Source: Haliotis rubra
Lineage: Eukaryota
NCBI RefSeq assembly: GCF_003918875.1
Contig: NW_025765570.1
Location: 806,001 to 870,000, forward strand
DNA: 64,000 bases
Reading direction: 5' to 3'
Shown here: positions 49,331 to 62,044 of the stretch, in pieces
How positions within the stretch are numbered: the stretch's first letter is position 1
Layout of the letters: every line of letters starts with the position of its first letter
The notes under the pieces: model-generated
Told to the model about the DNA's origin: nothing
What the model saw: only the letters and a program-made list of their open reading frames with translations
Databases searched by the model: none
Position numbers and translations under genes: made by a program

Positions 49331-49426
49331 GTCATAAAACAGTTTGAAAGATTTACTGAATCCTTGAATGTTGTAAAGCTTGTTCTAGGAAATCTATACT
49401 GCTGGAAAAGTGGAAACTGCACTTAC

Positions 49427-49630
49427 CTCTATCATTGTGTTGACGGGGTAGGAGTAGTATTTGGTGAACAACGCTCGTATCTGATAGCCACATAGCACAG
49501 CACACGTGAGAAAAACAGCTGTATAGAACACTTTCTTAATGATGTTATTGGATATAGCGATGCGATTGACGCCATGCCCTGACCAGTTGTTCGAAAAGTG
49601 CTTAGCTTCTTCCTTGAAGCTGTCCTTCAT
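49427..49630 (-). CDS. DEG/ENaC coding exon 1 (MKDSFKEEAKHFSNNWSGHGVNRI...TM1...YYSYPVNTMIE)
   Basis: HG pre-TM1 motif, hydrophobic TM1, YxSYPV; gtaagt donor; a tctccag acceptor at ~49666 suggests a further upstream exon. Confidence 0.9.
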
Positions 49631-50361
49631 GATGATCAGTCCCAAGTTCTTCCTGATTTGATGTTCTGGAGATGATCACCCAAATATAACACCCAATTTC
49701 CACCCACACACACTGGATTCAAGGTACATGGGGACTGATCAATAATAATCACAACACTTCATAAAAGCAAATTCGTGATACACAAAGTCCGGGTGGGTCA
49801 CCAATTCATCCACTTCTGGATGAAAGCAAGGTTGTTGAAGACGTTCAACAGCGATGTCGGTGTTCTGTTGTTGGAGATCAGAATGTCCCGACCAGAGATC
49901 CACGTGATAGCACACTGTCGATTGTCCTGTCATCAATGTGATCTGTGACTCGACTTTCTCGTGTGTTCAAGTTATCGATTACTGTGATCACTGGTCGGTG
50001 TCAGTGCCACCAGAATATTGACGTTCATTAGAGATATTTATTTATTTATTCATCCCATGCTAGTCCCATAGGTTCATTGTAGATCTCCTGACGACTCGAT
50101 AACTACACAAGTGCAACCTTAACTGCATTTGAATATCAGCTCAATAAGCTACTTTCCATTTGCAAGAGAGTATATCATCATCATAAATTGTGTATAAGCA
50201 CTGTTTGGATGGTTGAAAACAACCTTACACACGGTACATGGTTATAGCAAGAATATTTGAGTATCCCTTACACAACATGCGGGTTGTGCTCTGTTATTCT
50301 GGGTGGAATAGTACTACACGATGTCATGGAGTATTGACGACTGCAGGCATTGTAATATATA

Positions 50362-51660
50362 CAGTACAACCAGAAATTATTGAGAATTTAAAGATTGTAT
50401 TTATATTTTTTTTTCATTCATTACTCACGTATTAAATGTGAATATTAGCAGAACATAACTCTAGATTCAAAGACAGGTGAACAGTTAGTATTTTGTCTAG
50501 TCACCATGGGCAGCAATGCAGGAAGCAATGCGGCGGGGCATACTACTGATCAAAGAAGTTAGAAAGTCGTGGCCCATGCTGTCCGAATATCGGACCACCT
50601 CTTCTTTCATTTCAGCAATATTTGTCAGATTTTTCGTATTGACACTTTCCTACATAAGTCCCCAAACATTTTCTGTTGCATTTAGGTCAGGGCTATAGCT
50701 TGGCCAATCTAAGAATGTCATATTTTGGGTCCGAAACCAGGCCTGTGAATGCTTTGAACGATGTTTGGGGTCGCTGTCCTGCTGGAAAATCCAAACATTT
50801 CCATAGAACAAGTGAGCAGATGGAAGTAAATGTCCCTCGAGAATATCTGTGTACCGCTCACTGTTCATATTCCCTTCAAATACACAGAGGGGCGTTGCCC
50901 CTAACACAGATATGCCACCCCACAAGTTAAATTTCGGACTGTACTCTGGGCGCTGATACAAAGGTTTTTCAGTTTGTTTGGTCCAGAATTTCAGTGTATT
51001 AGGAAACAGCCACACAGAACTTTCATCTGAGAAAATCACATTGTCCCAGTTACAATTTCTATGCTGTAAGGACCAGTTCAACCTTCGCTCCTTTTGTTCA
51101 GGTTTCATGATCGGTGATGGAATTCCTCGACTTTTCTGCCAACCCATTGCATGCAGCTCAGTTCCAATTGTCTCCTTACAGACAGCCACAGTTCCTCTAT
51201 CAATCATATCCAGCCTTAAGTTTTCTAAACTCCTTCGTTTGTTTTTTAGAAACATGAATACCAAGCCGCCTCCTGTCACCGACAGTCAATTTTCTGGGCC
51301 TACCTGCGCCTCCCTGGTGCTCAATGCCATATCCATTTGCACTAGTTTTCAAAACACGATAAACAGTGGACATAGGGATGCCTGTTCTACTTGAAATCAC
51401 TTTAGCTGATCTGATGTCCTTGTTATAATACTCTAAAATCAACTTCCTCTTCTCTAAATCATCCATACTGAGGATCAGTGAAAATGTCGTCTGCTAGCAA
51501 GTAAACAAAGGGGGGTAACTCTTCACAAACTAATGAAAAAGGATTAACGGAGTTGTCTCTCTTGAATGAAACCAAGTACTTGATAGCTGGTCAAGGTTGT
51601 TTATACTAGAAATCCAATGAAACATATTCCTAAAATTATCAATAATTTCTGGTCATACTA
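50362..51660 (-). mobile_element. Tc1 (DD34E) transposon, full length, transposase inactivated
   Basis: TIR CAGTACAACCAGAAATTATTGA (imperfect) with TA flanks; GRPRK, VIFSDES, FQQD-x34-E (SPDLNATEN); one frameshift and a premature stop. Confidence 0.92.
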
Positions 51661-54600
51661 TATATCATGCATTTAATTACACATACAGAAACAACATCAT
51701 TATCATGTCCTTGGTAACGACAGCTTCTGTTTCATCAGAGGACTCGATTCCAATACAGTACATCGTGGATGAACGTGAACACTTGCTTGGTAATGACACA
51801 ACTGAGTAGTGAAACCATAATGCATACACAACCACACTGACTGCTCTTCTACAAGTCAACGTTCCTGTGTCCCAGGGACTTATAATCAGGTATCTAAATA
51901 ACACGGTTTCAGTTTCAAAGCTTCTACTTACCAGAAACAACATAAAGATAATCAGTGGGCGTGTCGGGTCCACTTTGTTACACTTTCTACTTTGCCTATA
52001 TTTCATTTGCCAAGGTGAGGTGTAAAAAAGTCATGATAGTCACTGAAAGTTGCCTAAAACCACGTCACACTTTCAATTCGGAAGCGAAAGTACGCAGCAG
52101 CTATTCACTGTGGACCTGTAAGACCAACTTGTATCTGTCTCAGGATCAATATCCTTTGTTTCAGTTTCATTTCATGTAGAGTGAAGTACCGATCATAAAT
52201 GTTGTTTCAGTTCAGATATATGGAGATTACAAAACGAGTGGGTGTGGAATATGGAAAATATTCCAACGAGATCGTGAATAAATCACAAACGTTTAGAAAT
52301 ATTGAGTGTGTGCAATTATGGGGGAAATATGAAAATTACTTGGAAATTTACCAATGAGTGCCGTTTCCTGTTCACCTAAGACTGGCAAATGTTTGTTAAA
52401 GGCAGGGGGTAGTGCTAATTCGATGGTCAGTGGTCAAATATGAAATACAGTTAGACAAATTGAATACGATGAGCAGAAAGGTAAAAGAATGACCAACAGG
52501 CTCAACACATTTTTTGTGAAAAACGCAAGGTTTCATCGAAAGAAACGTTATAATAGTCAGGTTACACGGTTTTCGATCAGGTTTGTGTCACCAATTGTGT
52601 ATTCTGTTATAATGATGTAGCGGTATAATTTTCTAAAATCTCCATTTCTTTACCGATTTCGATAAAATTTGAAACATATGTTAATCATAACATATAAAAA
52701 CAATATATGCTTGCAAAAGTCTAGATTTTATTTATAAAAATTATTGTCCAAACAGTGATTCGAACCCCTGTGATTTCAACAATCTAAGGAGGTTGTTATT
52801 GTTAATCTTAGATTCGAACCTACGGTCATCGAATCATGACGCTGCGAAGGGACGCTAACGGCACCCTGGCATATTAGCGTGTCTCGATACCAGACATGAT
52901 ATTTAAGATAATATCTTTGAACAGACAAGCATGTGACAGTAACTTCGGTATGCTCTACGCAGGTAACAGCTCTCCCTGTATAGTTTAGCAATGTGAATAC
53001 ATCGTAAAATATTCATGTCTGTTATGATTTCAAATAAAGGGACAGAGCTTTTTTGTCTCATGTTCCATTCGAGTAATACTTGACTGAAATATATTCACGG
53101 TATAGCAGTATGGTTAAAATCCTTTGGTTACTAAATAAGTCATTTGACACTATGGACTCTAGCAGCTAGCAGCTAGCGGAGCGTGAACGCAGGTGATACA
53201 AGCGGAACGGGCAATCTCAGGCTAGTAGGATGCAATACTGACAAACTTTAGGGATAACACCTTCTTTTATTTCGTGAGTTCGTCGCCTCAATACAGATTC
53301 TTGAACCGTTGTCAAACAGTATGTAACACAAAGTGGAGGGGATGTATAAATGAATGAATGTATGTATGGTATTTATTTCCTCCACTGATTACAGAGAGTA
53401 CAATTATTACAAATCGTCTCTGTATTGTGTCCCGTACCCCCTCAAACCTACAGGTCTGTATACAGAAAACCTACCCATGCGAATCAGTACTCCAACCATC
53501 CTTCCAACGTTAAGACCGGCGTCATCTCTTCGTTAACAGAAGAGCGAAGAACATCTGCCCGACAAATCTAAAAGAAGAATTGTACACCTGAAGAAAGTGT
53601 TTGGAGAACTAACCCACCATCCATCCCAAATAGTTAACAGAACCATACGCATTGCTGCCACATTCCTCCAAAAGACATAAACCAGATTCAGCACTCATGA
53701 AAATACCCACTCCCTACATTGGTAAACCATCACATCAAATTAACTCCTAAAACAGCAAGCAGACATAGATACTACCTTGCCCGCATTCACGCCAAAAGCC
53801 CCAAATCAACCGAGAACAAGGATATTTCATTCCGTCTGCTTATGATGCACTCCTCCACCATGCCCAAACTATTGCATAAACATCTCCTCCTTTTTAAACT
53901 ACCTATTTGTGCATCTCTGGCTCTCACTCCGTTCCCTTTGTCAACTCACTGGTTTATCAGCTTCCTGCTTAGCCAATTATGTTAGCCATGTTGTTTTATT
54001 TGTTACACTCAGTATATACACATCTCCTCCACATCATGTTACATTACTGCTTAACAACGGTACAAGAATCTGTAATCAAAATTTCGCACTCACGAAATAA
54101 AAGAAGTCAATGTTGTACTTCCAAGCTTCTAAATGTCACTTAAAGAAGTTACATGGTATGTATGCATGTTTACAGACAGATCCATTAGACCCAGAGCAGG
54201 ATTGATCATCCGGAACTCATGATTGTAACTGTACTACCAGGATCGGTGGTCAGGCTTCCTCACGTGGTTGCTGCATGTCACATATTCCAGCTGCAAATAT
54301 GGATACTCACGATGTCAATCACAGGATTGCTTCTCAAGACACCAGACCACCATTCCTGACAAATATGTTCGATAAACAAGGGAAATATTATTGGTGTAAA
54401 TTTGTAGTCCTCCCTTCTATCATACAGTCAGTTATGTAGTTTGTGTCTCTTTGCAATATGACATGGATCTGAGTGTGGAACAGGTTGTGTCACTGGTTTC
54501 TTATGGTTCATTTCCTGTGGATACATCAATGGCATGTAATTAGCTGTTTGACGTGTATTGAACAATTGCAGGTCATCGATATGAAACGTAAGTTAAACGT

Positions 54601-54934
54601 CTTTCCCGGATGGGATGCATGACGCTGCTTTTTGAACTCTGTGTCGGTGGTTGTTTTCAGCCTCGCAACCTTGGATAACTTTTGTTGGTAGAATCAAATT
54701 TTCAAGTGTATACTTTCTTTTGCCGGTCAGTTTATATGTATGATCACCACGTTCAGTAAAAATGCCCCATGAAATAAGGATTGAATCCTATCGTGTTGGG
54801 AGGTGGTTTACAATGTTGAAAAATACTGAAAAAGCCTTCTTTAAGTTTTCTGTCAGAGGCAATGATGTATAAATTCCACTTACTTCTACAATTGTCTGTA
54901 AATATGAATAAAGTTCCTCTTTTTATTGTAACAC

Positions 54935-55176
54935 GTGACGATCCGGGTAAGACTTGGTCTTCAGTAACCCATCCTTATTGTAAGAGGTGACTAACGGGAT
55001 CGGGTGGTCAGGCTCGCTGAGTTGGTTGACACATGTCATCGTATCCCAGTTGCGTAGATCGATGTTCATGATGTTGATCACTGGATTGTCTATTCCACAT
55101 TCGATTATTTACAGACCACCTCCATATAGTTTGAATATTGCTGAGTGTGGCGTTAAACAACAAACCAACCAACCAA
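54935..55176 (+). mobile_element. Family B SINE-like repeat
   Basis: Reverse-complement homologue of 30151-30421 with (AACC)n tail. Confidence 0.85.
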
Positions 55177-56984
55177 ATCGTTGATTGTATGAAGGATTAA
55201 TATTCCAGAGACTTGTGGTCATAAATATAGCTTCCAATACAGTTCCAGTAATAGGTTGATAGTATTGATGCATGATTTGCCAGATGTCTTCCACTGCTAA
55301 CTCACTAACCTTACATGTGGCAGTATTTCATATGTCACTTTAGCTAAGTTCTTTAATTCAATCATCAGTGTAGTGTTGATAAGTGTATATCAGTGTAAGT
55401 TCTGGTCAAATTACGTAAAAAGACTATTTCAAACTCTTGAGATTCACTAGAAGTTCATGACATTGTGTTTTGATGGTAATTGTTTGTATGGAATCTGTGG
55501 AAGTAAGTATTTCATTGTACCATCACGATTTGATTGCAATTCATAAGGTCATGATATAGTTTCATCAGAATACAATTGACTCTGCTTTTAGCAGAGATTA
55601 TTTGAGGATGTCGAAAGGAATTTGTCGTTTTATTGTTTGAGGCTGTTGGAGTCAAATGTAACCAGGGCTTTTATTGAAGGCATCTAGACTGCATGAGACG
55701 ACAAGCTGTTAGGTAAATATTATTGTTGCTGACTTGATTGACATTGTTACTGTTATTGTATAATCTACGGCCACTGTAATTATATTGCCATTTTGTACTT
55801 CCACTTTATTGTGTACTGCATTGTAATTACTCTGTTGTAATTTATATTGAACCGTAGCTAACTACGGTATATTAATGGTTATGTTACCTGGGGTCTTGTC
55901 TGTGGGACAACTACAAGCTTTCATGTTGAGCAGCCAGACTTTGGTAAGGGCGGACTGGGACAGAAAAAGTTTAATCCAAAACTATTTCCTCCTTTTCAGT
56001 TTGTGCATTCCAACAATGACAACATCATGCACTGACAAACACGGAACATTATTTAACACGTCTATTCAGTCGTGACTTCATTCAACGGTTCACTAATTAT
56101 CTGTGGATACCGGGTACAAACTACTGTCAACAAAGGGCGGCTTTTATAAAGCCTTTCAATCAGCATATATTTGTACGTGCGCTGGGTGCGTTATCCTGAT
56201 TCCCTAGGGATGTAGAAGAGGAACAAGGCTGACTGAGCGGACGTACATTCATGGTGGACGAAATAAACCCTTCACCAACAAGAGTGCAAAGCCCCTCTAC
56301 CGGAAGACTTTGTCGGGTAGTTATAAATATAAATATGAACAATCCAAGTTTTCTGTCAGCTAGATAGTCTCCAACACATGATTTTATTTAATCGCGATTG
56401 TCAAAACCTGTCGTGAAGGGAAACCACGTTGCAATAAGCTTTCCCTGACCAGATCTGTGTTGGTGAGTATCCTCTATATGGAAATACGTCATTAGTGATT
56501 ATCACTTATCATTGCTTTCATAGTCATGTTCGTGATAGTTCCCTCACTCATTGTACAACAGTACAACCAAGACCCAGTTCCCACACCAGACCAGCGCGCA
56601 CAGCTTTCAGTCTTTATGCGATTTCCAGGGAAATCTTTCAACACAGGGTGCCCGTTTTAGACTTTCCACGTTACGCTGGGGAATCTTGCATACTTGGCAT
56701 CTCAGTTTCAGTCTTTCTATGCTACCCAAAGCTCGGCAACCATAGGGTCAGAAGCACGTGTTCCACATACAACACACGCACATGCTATAAAAACAACATC
56801 AGTGTTCTGTTTTAACTTCACATCATACAACTATTTAGGTCTGTCATTCACAAGATGCCTCTCTTGGCAAGCACGATTTAGCCAAAAACTACTATTGTCT
56901 GTCCAAAGACGTTTTAAGCTGTGAATCTCTGTCGTATGATATGAACTTTAAAGTATTTGATACTAAATATTACCTATATTGATG

Positions 56985-57035
56985 TAACGAGCGAACGCTT
57001 TAACCACTAGGTTACCCCACCGCCCCTCACTCACT
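56985..57035 (-). mobile_element. Family A SINE head fragment
   Basis: GAACGCTTTAACCACTAGGTTACCCCACCGCCCC. Confidence 0.65.
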
Positions 57036-57462
57036 GTAACCTTTGTAAAAATTGTACATTGGGCCAACGGCCTGCAGTTCAGAGAAATAAAGCACATTGT
57101 ATTTTCAAAATTGTCATTGCTTGTAATTTAGCCTGTCGTTATAAACAACTTTCATATTATCGTCACCAATGGATGATGCTTCTGATGCTTTCCAAATTAG
57201 ATCGGATTTCACGAATTAAGGAAGCTAGTGGGATTAGACACTATTTTCTTCATTTCAGAATGATATAGAATACAGAACACGTTTGGTTTGGATTCGAAAA
57301 CACAGTCATTACGCGTAATTCTGTTTGGACAGCACATCAGAGCTGCATATCATGTAGTTAACCATCACACACCTTTTCGACGGTTTCTAAATTTAGATTA
57401 TGATTTCGAAAAGAGGTATGAATGTGATCAGTTGTACGTGCACTCGTTTGTTTATTAACTGG

Positions 57463-57843
57463 CAGAAACCTGTGGACACTACATGGTGTAGACAGACCAA
57501 GAATCGGGAGGTTAAGTCTTGGAATCAAACCAAAGATGTTCAACAGCCCGCCTGAAGCATGTTAAGGACACAGCGTAACTTCCGTAAAGTTACGTGCACG
57601 TAAATATGACAACCTTGCATCCTTTCAGTACCAGAGCGTCCTTCAACCTCAGAAACCTGTGGACACTACATGGTGTAGACAGACCAAGAATCGCGAGGTT
57701 AAGTCTTGGAATCAAACCAAAGATGTTCAACAGCCCGCCTGAAGCATGTTAAGGACACAGCGTAACTTCCGTAAAGTTACGTGCACGTAAATATGACAAC
57801 CTTGCATCCTTTCAGTACCAGAGCGTCCTTCAACCTCAGAAAC
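57463..57843. repeat. 187-bp near-perfect tandem duplication
   Basis: Two copies bounded by CAGAAAC at 57463, 57650 and 57837. Confidence 0.92.
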
Positions 57844-58551
57844 AACAGCGTCGGTGATCCTTGCACCACTGACGTGAAAGTAGTCATAACCATTTGCCAA
57901 TTTTCCGGTAAACAAAAACTGCGATTTGCACGCCTGGTCGCACTTAAATGGTGGAAGTAATGTGTACAGTGCTGGAGGCATGGCATGATAGTATTGTATT
58001 CTCCTTAATTGAGGTGGGGTTCTAACCAGGGTGCATTCATGTTCGATACAAATAGACATTACTGTCCGCGGCCTGGTCCAACAATGATAAGTCTGTGTAA
58101 GTGTATGTTGCACTGACAATGTTGGGTTGACGTTTATGCCAGTTGTATTTGCCTACTATACTTTTATGTATCAGACAACGTTTAGTTTGACGGACAGCAA
58201 TCAAGTTGCCGGATTGTCAGTTTGCCTGAGCGTGTTACTGCGCTTTAGGTCGTGCTATCTCCATGTAGGATCTAAATGCTGGTGACGCCTGAAAGACGTC
58301 CCACAAGGGTTCCACGCTGTCTGCGGTGCGTGAAATGGATCGCAACTAATCAAATAATTGAGAGGTACTTGAGTACAAAAATACATGAACAAATCCAAAC
58401 CGAAATGAATACCACCACTGTATACTAATGATCCGGTATTTCTTTGCTGGTCATTATTTAATGGTCGAGCTAAGTCATCACATTCTTGAAAGTCACCGTA
58501 GTGAATAATGCACAAAAATGTTATGTGTCATGCATTATAATGTGACGTTTG

Positions 58552-58670
58552 GTGAGTGAGTGAGTATGGTTTTACGCCGCTGTTAGCAATGTTCCACACA
58601 TGTACCAATGTTGGGAGTCGAACCCGGATTTTCGGCGTGACGAGCGAATGATTTAACCACTAGACTACAG
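58552..58670 (-). mobile_element. Internally deleted family A SINE
   Basis: (ACTC)n tail plus tRNA head, middle missing. Confidence 0.75.
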
Positions 58671-60119
58671 CTACCCGTGGTTAAGGCCTTTCATCTCAAT
58701 TCTCCCACAGACCCCCCCAAACAGGTTCAATTTGGTGGAACTTTGGTGTCATGTCCATAGATTTGTGCCGAGATACCCATCGGAAGAAAAATAGGCGGCT
58801 CCTACTAAATAGATCATTTATGTCATCCACATTAATTTATACACTCTTCAAAAAACAATAAAAAATAAGGAAATGTATTAAACGTATAGATGAAGGGAAT
58901 TCTCCAGCGTCTGCGTAGACAGTTGCTGGTTCTCTATACAAAACAACCCCAGAAGTATAGCCAAATTTCAGTGTTTGTGTGGAAATGTTGCTAAAACTGC
59001 TGTTGCCCTGATCAAACATATTCTCCCCATTATAAAAAAATGCATATTAGGTAATCGAAACTGCCCGATACGATATTGCACATAGACATTCTAAGCGCGA
59101 AAGAAAGCAAATTGTGTATGTGACCACTGCGATGCTACATAAAGCCAACCGACTCTCCAGCCATTCTCTGCAGCAGCAAGAAACCGTATGAGATTCGCCA
59201 CACACACCAGAAACAGATGGATATCTTCCACCGACAGACCAAGTTGTGTGGGAGTTGAGAACGGAGAAAAGCCAACCTTTTGGTATCGCTCTACCAGGAT
59301 ACGATTTGCTAGAAGTTCCAAAGTTTGTCGAAGATTGAAAGTTGCCCGCTTTGGTTTTCCGAGATAAAACAAAACATGTTACAAAGCTGGAAGGTGCACT
59401 GGTCAGTGAGCAGTGGGAGAGGGAAGTGTTTGAACCACTGGAAAAAGCGAGGAAGTACTACACGGGTAGGTACAAAAAGTGAAAACAGGAGCTAAAAGCT
59501 GTATAGACTCGTGGACAAAACCTTGGTGTGGTGCGGACTACACTGAACAAGTGCTATTACGAACAAGGATGTACTACACTGGTATTTCGCTGCATTTGCC
59601 AAGCATTTGCTATTTTCTTATTAGAAATATGACAAAAACGTGTTTATATGCTCTGCTGGTACAATGTCGGAACGAAAAACTCTCACACCGCAGGACATCC
59701 AAGAAATCCTAGAATTTCGGGGAATCCTAGAAAAGCCAGCTGTCGAAATACGAAAACAGTTTGGTATAGGCACACATAGATTGTACAATATATGGAGGAC
59801 GGACAAAGTGGAAACAACCTATAGAACTCAAAATGGAAGTTCCTGAAACTATAGCCATAAAACTACAACGAATAGGGGCCTTGCGAGTGGAACAACAGAA
59901 AATACTACAATATGCAAACTTCCCAGGGATCAACGGAGAAGTGGAAATCAAGAAGAGGAAGTGAAAGAAGTAGAGGAAGAGGCGGAAATATCCAGATGTC
60001 TCCGATTCTTCCGACACAGGTTTCAGGCATCTCGTGTGCATAGAGCCCATGGCTGCGTACCTATGTCCGTTCACCATGAATTCCTACTGTTGGTCAAAGG
60101 TACTGTAAGTCCCCATGGA

Positions 60120-60365
60120 CCCTAGAATGGTGATCTACTTTCAGTTGTTGGCGATCTATAGCATGTTTTTATATTGTATTGTCCAAAATAAATGCTATTT
60201 GTTTTAACTTAACATACCAGTTTTAAATCTAACTGTGATAATCTAGTTGTTTTACTGTCCTTTTATTATATGCACATATTCTTTATCAAAGTCAAAATTG
60301 TTCTCGTCACGATATGGCTGAAACATTGCCGATATGACGTTAAATATAACTCACTCACTCACTCC
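60120..60365 (+). mobile_element. Interspersed repeat (family D)
   Basis: Homologous to 48265-48528. Confidence 0.75.
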
Positions 60366-60578
60366 TACCTCCATTAATTTCCTTTCATAATCTCTCTTAT
60401 ATATAGCGGTGCAAAGTATTATTACAATGATATGAACGATTAATCCCACTAGATAATTTCTGTTTACTTTTCTCATCATCAACACACGGGCGTAGCTACC
60501 ATTATAAAAAAAGCCCGGACTTACACATGATTGTTGCTAAAAATGTTCGGCAAGCCCTCAATACTACCTAAATATATG

Positions 60579-62005
60579 CTCTTCAAAGAAGAAAAAGAAA
60601 CTTGACAGAGGAACAATTTGAATTTTTAGGAAAATATTTGACACAAACCAATCCATGCTGAATCCCAACATGTAGAGGAATGGTTTCCGACGACAAAACG
60701 TTTAAAAAGAGAAACGTTGAAAAAATACGTAACGTCACACTCACGTTTGTAGTGAATCGCTAAAACGCACCCTACAGGAAATGCACGTACATTATGAAAT
60801 TGTGTATCATCCCAAGCTGAAGCCTATGACCGTAGGCTTCAACGGCCACATCAACGGCACTCCACATGCATTGCTTTAGGCCACGATAGACGACAAAAGA
60901 ATGCCAAAACTGACAGAAGTTCAACGACACAACGCCATCGGCCGTTTATAAGAGGGGGCATCGCAGCATGAGGTGGCAAGGCACTTCGGCGTGTCCATAA
61001 AGGCCATCTCAAACCTATGGACCCGATACAACAAATACTGGGAGTGTTAATGACAGACACAAGTCAGGTCGACCTAGAGTTACCCCCGCCGCCCTGGATC
61101 GGAACATCCGGTTGAGACACGCACCACGTCCGCAACATCCACAGCAACCCAAATCCCTGGACTTCGCCGAATCTCCGACCAGACAGTGCGCAGTCGGCTA
61201 CGAGAATCCGGACATTTTGCCAGAAGACCAGTTCGACGTAACGACTTGACATAACGTCACCAGGCTGAACGTCGACAATGGTGCAGACAACGAGTGAGAT
61301 GGAGGACAAATTTGTCTCCAAATGAGTCTCGGTTTCTTCTCAGACGTGCTGATGGACGTTCACACCGGACGTCGGAACGAACGTTACGCCGATAAATGTG
61401 TACAGCAGATGGATAGATTTGGTGGTGGGAGTGTCATGGTGTGGGCAAGTATCCATCATAATGGCCGGCCAACTCTTGTGCTCGTGGTAGGTGCATTGAA
61501 TGGCGTTCGATATAGAGACGAGATTTTGCAACGTCACGTCGTTCCCTTCATCAACGTCAACGGTGGATCTTTCGTCAACGTCAACGTTCAGGTGTTACCA
61601 TTGCGTTCTCGATCACCGGATTTGTCTCCCATTGAACATCTATGGGATACTCGTGATCGACGCTTGCGCTAGCGTAATCCGCCACCTCAGACACTACAAG
61701 AACTGCACGCAGTATCAAAACATTCCTTAAGACAGCATTGGCCATCTCCTTTCTTCTATGGGCCGCCGCTGCCAAGCTGTTATCGATGCTCATGGTGGTC
61801 ACACCAGATACTGACATTTTACTCTGGCCAAGTAGCTTTTATAGCCCTCTGTGGTTTTACCGAACACTTTCTGGATAATCATGTTTTGGAAATTTGTAAA
61901 GTGATGATTTTACTCTAATTGAGCAATGATGTCATGTTTGAATCAGTTATATGAACTCAGTAAATACACTCCAAAACAGCATGTCAAGTTTCTTTTTTTG
62001 AAGAG
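60579..62005 (+). mobile_element. Tc1 transposon, decayed
   Basis: TIRs CTCTTCAAA..AAAGAAACTTGACA; MPKLTEVQRHNAIG start at 60902; GGGSVMVWA, SPDLSPIEHLWD, GGHTRY*. Confidence 0.9.
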
Positions 62006-62044
62006 TATATAAAGCTTTGCAACCTATCTGGCAATATTCTGGCA

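Noticed and set aside
53350-54100. Possible minus-strand LINE (L1/Tx1-like) 3' relic
   Set aside because: Has a simple-repeat tail and compositional skew, but no motif I can identify with confidence.
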